IMG/VR virus record: IMGVR_UViG_3300011112_000005
Location: 1-45,022 of that record
Strand: one strand, 5' to 3'
From: a virus
Lineage: Duplodnaviria; Caudoviricetes
DNA length: 45,022 bases
Shown: piece after piece, positions 18,468 through 25,495 of the stretch
Layout: each line of letters opens with the position of its first letter
Numbering within the stretch: position 1 is the first letter of the stretch
Translations under genes and position numbers: made by a program
Notes under the pieces: model-generated
Database searches by the model: none
What the model was told of the DNA's origin: nothing
The model's input: the letters and a program-made list of their open reading frames with translations, nothing else

Positions 18468-18871
18468 GGGCGCTCGCGATGGCCATGGTCGCCCTGGTCG
18501 CCTGCGGTAGCCCCGTACTGGCCCAGGAGGTCTGCCTACCGGTCAAGGCGCACCGGGCCATCCTCGCGGACATCCTCGAACTTCGTGGCGACCCAGACAA
18601 GCCCGAGAGTACCGGCCTGCGCGGGCGTGTGGGACTGCTCGACACCGAGCTGGGGCTGCAGCGGGCCCAGGTGGTCGATCTGCGCCTCGCCAAGGATCTC
18701 GCAGTGCAGGCCAAGGAAACGGCCCAGGGGGCGCTCACGGCGGCCGCGGCGGGCCAGCGGCGGGCAGAAGAGAGCCGTGACGCCTGGTACCGCGCTCCGG
18801 CCCTGTGGCTGGCGACAGGAGTACTGGGGTCGCTCGTGATCGCCCTCGCCGTCGACAAGATTCAGGAGTAG
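18464..18871 (+). CDS. Putative spanin: lipoprotein signal + coiled coil + C-terminal TM
   Basis: 'MRALAMAMVALVA-C-GS' lipobox; helical body; C-terminal 'PALWLATGVLGSLVIALAV'. Confidence 0.55.
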   Translation: MRALAMAMVALVACGSPVLAQEVCLPVKAHRAILADILELRGDPDKPESTGLRGRVGLLDTELGLQRAQVVDLRLAKDLAVQAKETAQGALTAAAAGQRRAEESRDAWYRAPALWLATGVLGSLVIALAVDKIQE

Positions 18872-18877
18872 CGCGAA

Positions 18878-19348
18878 ATGTTGCACACGTTGGCCCTCAT
18901 CATCGCAGCCCCGACCTTTGTGTGGGGATATTCTTACGTGTTCGGTGCCCTACTGATTGGCATCGCGCGGGATTTCGAGATCCGGGGGCGCGCAATGCCC
19001 TCTGCAGTCTGGACCGAGGCGTGGGGGGACCGCTGGAAGTACAGCACGACCGTGTGCCGCGGGATCATCCTACACCCGTGGTCGGAGTACGATGCGCGGA
19101 CATGGGAGCACGAGAAGGTGCATGTCCGTCAGGCAGAGGATCTGTGCTTCCTCGGGCTCGTGCTGGGCCTACTGTTCGGCGCCCTGTGGGGCGACTGGGC
19201 TCAAGGCGGCCTGATCTGGCTGCTGTCGCCCTTCGGTCTCGGGCTCAACTACGTGATGGCAGGATTACGCGCGGGCTCGCTGGCGACCTACCGCGGCGCC
19301 GAGCACGAGCGGGCTGCCTACGACCACACGGATCACTTGGGCGACTGA
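18878..19348 (+). CDS. Membrane protein with HExxH zinc-peptidase motif (DUF4157-like)
   Basis: 'TTVCRGI..WEHEKVHVRQ..Y..AEHERAAY' plus about three hydrophobic segments. Confidence 0.65.
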   Translation: MLHTLALIIAAPTFVWGYSYVFGALLIGIARDFEIRGRAMPSAVWTEAWGDRWKYSTTVCRGIILHPWSEYDARTWEHEKVHVRQAEDLCFLGLVLGLLFGALWGDWAQGGLIWLLSPFGLGLNYVMAGLRAGSLATYRGAEHERAAYDHTDHLGD

Positions 19349-19671
19349 GCGCGGCCGCGCTTGAGCAGGCCGGCTACGTGCGCCTGGACCTGCTGTAGGG
19401 GGCTCTTGGGCGGGCTTTCGGGCGGCGAGCGCTTGGGAGGGTCTTCGCGGGTCGCGGGGGCTCGCGGCTTGGCTGCGCGGTAGGCCATCATCGCGTCCAT
19501 CGGAGCGTACTCCTCTTTCTCGCTCCATACGCTTATCCGCATCACCCGAGGTGTGCCGTTGGGTAGAGACTCGATGTCCGCCTTTATCTCATCGAACTGC
19601 GCCTGGTCGACGGGTTTGTACGGCTTCTCTGGGGCAGGTCGGGTTGTCGGCGTCACTTCGGGCATGCGCAC
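19333..19671 (-). CDS. Hypothetical Pro-rich protein
   Basis: ORF fills the gap and converges on the lysis cassette. Start is GTG 19671 or ATG 19665. Confidence 0.55.
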   Translation of the reverse strand: MRMPEVTPTTRPAPEKPYKPVDQAQFDEIKADIESLPNGTPRVMRISVWSEKEEYAPMDAMMAYRAAKPRAPATREDPPKRSPPESPPKSPLQQVQAHVAGLLKRGRAQSPK

Positions 19672-19677
19672 AGACTC

Positions 19678-19950
19678 TCACTTTTCGAGACGGTCAGCCA
19701 GTATGCGCAGCCCTCGCGCCACGAAGGCCCGGGCCAGCCCGCGCGCGTGGAAGATGCGCTGTTCGAGTCGCTCGCGAGCGGTCGGCGGGAACGGATCGGG
19801 GCCAGAAAACCAGATCCCGTCGCCTTCTGGCTCCTCCGGAGCGATTTCAGGCGGATCGGGGGGAGCTGCGATACCTTCGTCCCGCAGCATCGCTGGTCCT
19901 TCGTCCTCGTCTATCTCACCGAGTAGTGGGTGCTGTACTCGCCTGCTCAC
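19678..19950 (-). CDS. Hypothetical protein (90 aa; acidic/Pro N-half, basic helical C-half)
   Basis: GTG start after AAGGCAAGG; protein-like composition; tandem with 19333-19671. Confidence 0.6.
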   Translation of the reverse strand: MSRRVQHPLLGEIDEDEGPAMLRDEGIAAPPDPPEIAPEEPEGDGIWFSGPDPFPPTARERLEQRIFHARGLARAFVARGLRILADRLEK

Positions 19951-19985
19951 GCCTTGCCTTGGTCCTGGTGCCGATGTGCTCCATG

Positions 19986-20056
19986 AAAATGAGGGCGGCC
20001 GGGGCTAGGGGGAGTTGCCGCGTAGGGTGTGCGGCGGGGGGCCCCAACCGCCCTCA
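19986..20056 (-). ncRNA. Candidate structured small RNA or leader hairpin (16-bp outer stem, C-rich internal loop, 5-bp inner stem, 9-nt loop, 4-U tail)
   Basis: On the minus strand UGAGGGCGGUUGGGGC (20056-20041) pairs with GCCCCGGCCGCCCUCA (20005-19990), using two U.G wobbles that exist only on this strand. Inner GCCGC/GCGGC stem closes loop ACACCCUAC. Confidence 0.5.
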
Positions 20057-20148
20057 CCTAAGTAGTATCTGATAAGTTGCGTTGCTGCCGGAAATACTGA
20101 TGGTCCGGCCTATCGTGATAACCACTACTCAAGACGCAAGGGCAGCTC

Positions 20149-20171
20149 CCCTTCCTTCGGAAGGGCTTTAT
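20149..20171. terminator. Short hairpin CCCTTCC-TTC-GGAAGGG followed by CTTTAT; possible weak terminator or protein-binding inverted repeat
   Basis: Perfect 7-bp stem at 20149-20165 in the non-coding region; the T-tract is poor. Confidence 0.3.
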
Positions 20172-20528
20172 ACAGCGATCGATCTTCATAATCAGAATGA
20201 ATGAGCGATCTCAGTGAACATCGCGATTTATCGCGGTCCACTGAAAACGACGATTAGCCGGACACACTTACGTCCGCCGTTGTCGCCTATACGCATCTGC
20301 TTCCGAACGCTCTTGCAGGACATGTGTGGCTGCCAGCAAACACACGCCCCCCTTCTCTTCACCCCGCGACCCATGGCCCCCAACATTCTACCGTCACAGC
20401 CCGTAGGCCTTCACCGGCCCATGGTTGGGCGCATTCCTCCGCGAGGATCCACAGCAAGGCTATTTCCGTCACCAACTGCGACCCCGACTATTTGCTGGGG
20501 TGCGGGCACCTTTGCACGTGCTCGACGG

Positions 20529-20576
20529 AAAAGAAAAGGGCGGCCCGAGGAAAGTAGGAAATAACCCGGGCCGCCC
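20529..20576 (-). terminator. Rho-independent terminator-like hairpin, minus strand, with an unusually long pyrimidine-rich loop
   Basis: Minus strand reads GGGCGGCCCGGG-uuauuuccuacuuuc-CUCGGGCCGCCC-UUUUCUUUU: a 12-bp stem with one G.U (a mismatch on the plus strand) and a U-tract. Confidence 0.7.
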
Positions 20577-20697
20577 AGAGCACTTGTGACGCTGCGCTCA
20601 AGCCCAGAGATCAGCATGGTCCGCGCCGCAGATCAACCAAATACGGGAGTTTTTGTGTCTCGCGGACTCCAGCCTATATCCGCTACATGCAGAGTTC

Positions 20698-22095
20698 ATG
20701 CACCTTTGGCGCCAGAACAGCTACACGATGATCCAGGGCGCCCCACGCTGGTTTCTCGAACATCTAGGCCTGCACCTGTCGGTCCCAGTCGAGATGGGGA
20801 CGTTGCCGGGCCAGCGCTTCGGGCGCGTCTACAAACACCGCGAGGACTGGTACGGCTCGCTGCTACTCGGTAATCGCGTCGCGTCCGGCCTTACCGACCG
20901 GGTTGTGACCATCGCCCACTACTACTCGCAGCAGGGCTATCACCTGCCCGTCGAAATCCACGACAAGCGCGAGGTGCCCTCCGATTGCTACCCCTGGCAC
21001 AGCCTCACCGCCAACTTCCGCCCCTACCAGGATTGGGTGCATGAGCGGATCTTACGGAGCGACGGCACGGGCGTGATCGATGCGCCTCCACGCTCAGGCA
21101 AGACGCTCATGGCCGCCCGCGCGGTAGATCAATACGCGCAGCCGACGATCATCTTGGCGCCGTCACTGGCCATCGTGCGTCAGACTTACCTCGCGCTCGT
21201 GGGGATATTCGGTAGTGAGTTGGTCGCGCGCGTTGATGGCGACACGCCGAAGTCGCAGCGAGATATCTCAAAACCCATTGTGATTGCGACGGTACAGAGC
21301 GCGGTGAAGCTCCCACGTGAGTTCTGGGATACGCGCGGGATGCTCATCGTCGATGAGTTCCACCATGCGGCGTCGGATACCTATCACGTCATCAACGATC
21401 TCGCGCGTAACGTGTACTACCGCTTGTGCTTCACGGGCACGCACTGGCGCACGGGTGAAGACGGGATGGCCATGGAGGCTATCTGTTCACGAGTGCTCGC
21501 GTCGGTACCGATCCCCTACCTCGTGGAGCACAAGTATCTGGCCGAGCCCTACGTGCATTTCGTTCCGTTCCGAGCCCCGCCGTTTCCGGCGGGCGATTGG
21601 AAAGAAGCGCATCACCTAGGGATCATCGAGCATGAGATGCGCAACGATCTTGTCGTGAGCTACGCGAATCAGCTGGCAGAGCAAGCGCCGGGTATCGTGC
21701 TCACGAGCAGGCGTGCGCACGCGGATTATCTGGGCGAGCGCATTGCGGAGAGCGAGGTGGTGAAGGGTGGGGCGGGAGCGCTCACTGGGAAGGCCATTGA
21801 CCGGTTCAAGGCTGGGGCCTATCCGGTACTGGTAGGTACGAGTGTGATCGGGGAAGGGGTAGACCTTCCTAACGCGGCATGGCTGCTCTACGCTGGAGGT
21901 CTTGGTGGCAGTGTGCAGATGATGCAGTCGTTTTTCAGGCCGCTCACGGCAAGCGTGGAGACGGGCAAGACCCATGGTCGGGTCTACGATTTTCGGGACC
22001 TTCATCATCCAACGCTGCAGCGCCAAGCGGAATCGAGGATTCGTCTTGCTGAGAAATATTTAGGGCCGTGGCTACACGCTCCGCTTGCTGCGTGA
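20698..22095 (+). CDS. Superfamily 2 DNA helicase (UvsW / ResIII-like DExH)
   Basis: 'FRPYQ', Walker A 'APPRSGKT', 'ATVQS', 'IVDEFHH', 'FTGT', 'GEGVDLP'. Start is ATG 20698 or TTG 20653. Confidence 0.9.
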   Translation: MHLWRQNSYTMIQGAPRWFLEHLGLHLSVPVEMGTLPGQRFGRVYKHREDWYGSLLLGNRVASGLTDRVVTIAHYYSQQGYHLPVEIHDKREVPSDCYPWHSLTANFRPYQDWVHERILRSDGTGVIDAPPRSGKTLMAARAVDQYAQPTIILAPSLAIVRQTYLALVGIFGSELVARVDGDTPKSQRDISKPIVIATVQSAVKLPREFWDTRGMLIVDEFHHAASDTYHVINDLARNVYYRLCFTGTHWRTGEDGMAMEAICSRVLASVPIPYLVEHKYLAEPYVHFVPFRAPPFPAGDWKEAHHLGIIEHEMRNDLVVSYANQLAEQAPGIVLTSRRAHADYLGERIAESEVVKGGAGALTGKAIDRFKAGAYPVLVGTSVIGEGVDLPNAAWLLYAGGLGGSVQMMQSFFRPLTASVETGKTHGRVYDFRDLHHPTLQRQAESRIRLAEKYLGPWLHAPLAA

Positions 22096-22109
22096 AGGTG
22101 GGACTTTGC

Positions 22110-22700
22110 ATGAGTGACGCAGACGACGTGATCCGGCTGTACTGCGATCACTACTTCGAGAAAAGAAAGCGGAGGCCAAACAGGCCCGCGCGTAGGGATC
22201 CATCGGACATCGAGATCGCGCTGCGATATCTGTCGTGGTGTGGAGAGCACATGGTGGACTACGAAGAAATGCTCGATCTGCGGTTCGAGCACTTGTGGAA
22301 GATCAAGCGGATTTGCCCGCGCTTCAATGCACTGCGGGCGCCCACGCTCATACCGTTCGCGCAGAAGCGCGAGGCGAGCAACGTGGCGGCGGCGACCCAG
22401 GTGGAGGCGTTCGATCAGGCGGTGCGCAGCCTGACAGTCATGACGCCGGGGCATGAGCAGGTGAGGCAGAGATACTTCATGCAGCGGCAGTCCATGTTGT
22501 GCATCGAAAACGGCATGAACGGAGGCTACGATCCGCGGTCGCGATATTGCCCGCACTGCCCGCAGGCGGCTGAGTGTGAGAAACGCCTGAACAGCAAATG
22601 GGGGTTCAACGTGTCTGCCCTGCGAGCGGGCAAGATCCATTTGCTTCCTGCGCCGGTGCGATCGGTACTTAGAGGGTGGGATGGCAGTCTTTCAGTTTGA
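22110..22700 (+). CDS. Hypothetical replication-associated protein with Cys cluster (possible helicase loader or initiator)
   Basis: Between two helicases; 'C..GYDPRS.YCPHCP..EC'. ATG 22110 follows GAAGGTGGGA. Confidence 0.65.
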   Translation: MSDADDVIRLYCDHYFEKRKRRPNRPARRDPSDIEIALRYLSWCGEHMVDYEEMLDLRFEHLWKIKRICPRFNALRAPTLIPFAQKREASNVAAATQVEAFDQAVRSLTVMTPGHEQVRQRYFMQRQSMLCIENGMNGGYDPRSRYCPHCPQAAECEKRLNSKWGFNVSALRAGKIHLLPAPVRSVLRGWDGSLSV

Positions 22701-24015
22701 CGTATCCTTCCAGCGCTCGATTCTTCGCCTCATGATGCTCGACGACGTGTTTTGCATGCGCGCGTTGGAGCACTGCGAGGCGGGGTTTTTTACGACCGAA
22801 CCGATGGGCTGGGTATTCCGCTTACATGAGTCGTACTGGAAAGAGTACTCGCGCACGTGCTCAGATGTGCCTTTGCGCGACGCGATCCGTCACGCCCGAC
22901 CGGAGAAACAGCCACTGTATTTTGGTGAGATAGAGGCGGTCATCGCGACGAACGTGATCCCGCATGCGGAGTACGTCAAGGATGAGCTGGCGGACTTTTG
23001 TAAGCGCAACTTGTTCGCACTTGCGCACCAGGAGTCGGCCCGGCTGTTCAAGGCGGGGAACGCCAAAGAGGCGTACGAGATCACCGCGTCGGCGCAGGAC
23101 GATATCAACCGCATCGAGTTCGGCACCGTCGACCGGCAGTGGTTCTTTGAGGAGTTGCCCGACCGGCAACGCAAGCGCTACCTGGATGGCATGCACACGG
23201 CGGCGATGGCGACGGGCATCGAGGAGCTTGACCGCCTGTGTGGGGGTGGCGTGCAGCCGGGCGAGCTGTGGGCTGTGCTCGCCTATGCGAAGCGCTGTAA
23301 GACCACCTGGCTGTGCAATCAGGGGTTCAACGCTATCCGAATGTATGCCGCGCCTGTGCTCCATGTGATTTTGGAGGGCCACGGAAGCCAGATCGCGGCG
23401 AAGTATGATGCGCTGTTCGGTGATGAACTGTACGTCGCGGTGAAGCGGGGCGAGATCGATCCGATCAAGCACGCAGCGATGCAGACGGAGTACTTGCAGC
23501 GGAAGAAGCTCATGGTCATCCGTACGCTCAACGACTGGGATATCAATATTCTCCATGTCAAGAGCGAGCTAGACGAGGTGAAGTCGTACGGCTTCAAGCC
23601 TAGGCTACTGATCCTCGATTACGTCGACCTCATGCGGTCACGTTACAAGGCCGAAAGCGAGACGGCGCACCAGGTCGCAGCCTCGCGTGATCTGAAGCGA
23701 CTGGTGAACGTGGAGGAGATTGCCGCGTGGACGGCGTGGCAGGCGATACGACCGAAGGACAATGCCCACACGCGCGAGCACGTGTTGAGTAGTGGGAGTG
23801 TCGCGGATGCCTACGCGAAGGTGCGCATCGTGGACGCGTTCGGCTCGCTCAATGCGACCAACGATGAAATGGACAGGGGGGAGATGCGCGTCTTCTGGGA
23901 AAACCATCGCGACGCGCCTGTCACGAAAACTTGGGTCATCACCAACGACCTCTCAAAGCAGCGCATGATCACGTCGGTGATTGCTGCCGACGACAGAGCG
24001 AAGGCCGAGGCATGA
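22681..24015 (+). CDS. dnaB: DnaB-like (SF4) replicative helicase
   Basis: 'TGIEELDRLCGGGVQPGEL', 'VILE', 'LILDYVDLM', 'WTAWQ'. Walker A is atypical (AYAKRCKT). Adjacent to primase. Confidence 0.88.
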   Translation: MAVFQFDVSFQRSILRLMMLDDVFCMRALEHCEAGFFTTEPMGWVFRLHESYWKEYSRTCSDVPLRDAIRHARPEKQPLYFGEIEAVIATNVIPHAEYVKDELADFCKRNLFALAHQESARLFKAGNAKEAYEITASAQDDINRIEFGTVDRQWFFEELPDRQRKRYLDGMHTAAMATGIEELDRLCGGGVQPGELWAVLAYAKRCKTTWLCNQGFNAIRMYAAPVLHVILEGHGSQIAAKYDALFGDELYVAVKRGEIDPIKHAAMQTEYLQRKKLMVIRTLNDWDINILHVKSELDEVKSYGFKPRLLILDYVDLMRSRYKAESETAHQVAASRDLKRLVNVEEIAAWTAWQAIRPKDNAHTREHVLSSGSVADAYAKVRIVDAFGSLNATNDEMDRGEMRVFWENHRDAPVTKTWVITNDLSKQRMITSVIAADDRAKAEA

Positions 24016-25079
24016 GCGAGCGCGCCATGCTGCAGCTCACGCGGGCGCTACGCAACTTCGATGCGTTGGCGTTCACTGAGAAGCATGGTGGCCACAAGGA
24101 ATCGAAAAATCAGAAGTCGAGCGAGTATCTACTCAACTGCCCGTTGTGCAGCGGCGACAACCTGCGGTGGAACCCATTGCGCGGGGATATGGGTGGTTGG
24201 GTTTGTTGGAACTGCAGGACATCAGGCAACACGCTGCGGCTCGTGCAGATCATGGAGCGCTGCTATTCGGAAGATGCGATCGCCTACGTCATGGGTGAGT
24301 ACGTCGGCGGTGATGCGCAACTCGACCTGAGTGAAATCGCCCACATGCCCGAGGTGCGGGTTGTCTCTAAGCCGAAGTCGCTGGAGCGCCTACCGCGTAT
24401 GCACCTGCCCCCGCATTGCGTGGACGCGCGCATGGTCCCGCGCGTGCGGGCGTACCTGAATGGGCGTGGCATCAACGACGCGATGATCATTGAGTGGGGC
24501 ATTTTGGCGGGCACGAAGGGGCGCACGCTCAACTACGCGGTGTTCCCTGTCTTCATGGATGGGGGGCTGGTCTACTGGCAGGGGCGAGCGAGCTGGGACC
24601 CACCGGCCCACCTGGTCAAGGAGCAGCGCAAGGGCTGGATCAAAGCGACCAACTACCGGAAGACCCTCAATCCGTTCAACGCTCCGCTGGGCATCGCGCA
24701 GGCTACGGCCGGGGAGGTGCTGTACAACTACGACCGCGCGAAGTCCCGGCAGCACGTGGTGATCGTCGAAGGTCCGGCCGACACCATCCAAATCGGAGAT
24801 CACGGGGTGGGTCTGCTCGGGAAGGGTACCGACGACAAGATCGAACGATTGCGCCGCATGGGCGCGCGTCGCTACACGATCTACCTCGATCGGGGGCCGG
24901 AGGAACGCGAAAAAGCGCAGTATATCGCGGCGCAGCTAGAAGGCTGGGCCGAACTGTATTTCGCAGAGCCTCCGCGCGGTCACGACGCGGGCAGCCTCAC
25001 GCGCGCGGAGAACGCGAATGTGGTGGCGGCGGGAATCCCCGTAAAAGAGATAGGTTTGGCCAGCGGGCTGGTGCCTTAG
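24012..25079 (+). CDS. dnaG: DNA primase (Zn finger + TOPRIM)
   Basis: 'CPLC..CWNC' Zn domain, 'YLNGRGI', 'VFPV..LVYWQGR', 'LYNYD..VVIVEGPAD', 'PPRGHDAG'. ATGA overlap at 24012. Confidence 0.88.
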   Translation: MSERAMLQLTRALRNFDALAFTEKHGGHKESKNQKSSEYLLNCPLCSGDNLRWNPLRGDMGGWVCWNCRTSGNTLRLVQIMERCYSEDAIAYVMGEYVGGDAQLDLSEIAHMPEVRVVSKPKSLERLPRMHLPPHCVDARMVPRVRAYLNGRGINDAMIIEWGILAGTKGRTLNYAVFPVFMDGGLVYWQGRASWDPPAHLVKEQRKGWIKATNYRKTLNPFNAPLGIAQATAGEVLYNYDRAKSRQHVVIVEGPADTIQIGDHGVGLLGKGTDDKIERLRRMGARRYTIYLDRGPEEREKAQYIAAQLEGWAELYFAEPPRGHDAGSLTRAENANVVAAGIPVKEIGLASGLVP

Positions 25080-25099
25080 AAAAACTTATCACAAATCTG

Positions 25100-25135
25100 T
25101 TGACTGTACGTACAGGTCCGGAGTACCGTACGTAC
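25100..25135 (+). promoter_or_regulatory. Sigma70-type promoter (TTGACT-18 nt-TACCGT) overlapped by two GTACGTAC palindromes; predicts a leaderless mRNA
   Basis: -35 at 25100-25105, -10 at 25124-25129, AT-rich UP-like tract at 25079-25095. ATG 25136 is 7 nt after the -10 with no room for a Shine-Dalgarno. Confidence 0.75.
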
Positions 25136-25495
25136 ATGCACAACACGCAGACAGACTACACGATGCAGCTCGCCCGCTACAACACTGCGGTGGCCTCCTT
25201 CAATGTGGAGTCCGCCCACCTGGTCTACCCGGATGATTCTGATAGCCCTGAGTGGGATGTAGTCTTTGATGCGGAGGAAGTCATTCGGCACGAGTGCCAT
25301 CTGGATACCCTGTGGGCCCTACGCACCGAGTCCGAAGACCGCCTGATTGCTTGGTCTCTCACGATTGCTCGCGAGACTGCCCGGGGGGACGCTGGGGTCG
25401 TGATTCACCTGGACTTTCTTGAGGGGAACGCTTGGAAGCCCACCGTGCGAAAGCAGCTTTTGGACTTGGCCCTGCGCCTGGAGGTGGTGGCGTAA
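25136..25495 (+). CDS. Hypothetical protein (119 aa), first gene of a promoter-driven cassette
   Basis: 3' part of ORF-track 24494-25495; the upstream part is a shadow of primase. Starts at the predicted TSS. Confidence 0.7.
   Translation: MHNTQTDYTMQLARYNTAVASFNVESAHLVYPDDSDSPEWDVVFDAEEVIRHECHLDTLWALRTESEDRLIAWSLTIARETARGDAGVVIHLDFLEGNAWKPTVRKQLLDLALRLEVVA

Noticed and set aside
20463-20531. tRNA gene (about 70 nt, branched fold)
   Set aside because: No TTCRA T-loop, D-loop GG, 7-nt anticodon loop or CCA end; only two inner arms.
20214-20873. ORFs 20214-20564, 20324-20557, 20411-20617 and 20586-20873 as genes
   Set aside because: Atypical codon usage, no RBS or motifs, and they run through strong RNA hairpins; treated as non-coding but not proven.
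20698-22095. Type III restriction enzyme paired with the methyltransferase
   Set aside because: No nuclease domain follows the helicase core, the MTase is 22 kb away, and the context is replication.
25083-25094. DnaA box (CTTATCACA)
   Set aside because: Two mismatches to TTWTNCACA and not clustered.
24494-25135. N-terminal extensions in the ORF track (24494, also 17772, 23931, 26959, 40257, 43753)
   Set aside because: They overlap upstream genes extensively; downstream starts with stop/start coupling, an RBS or a promoter fit better.
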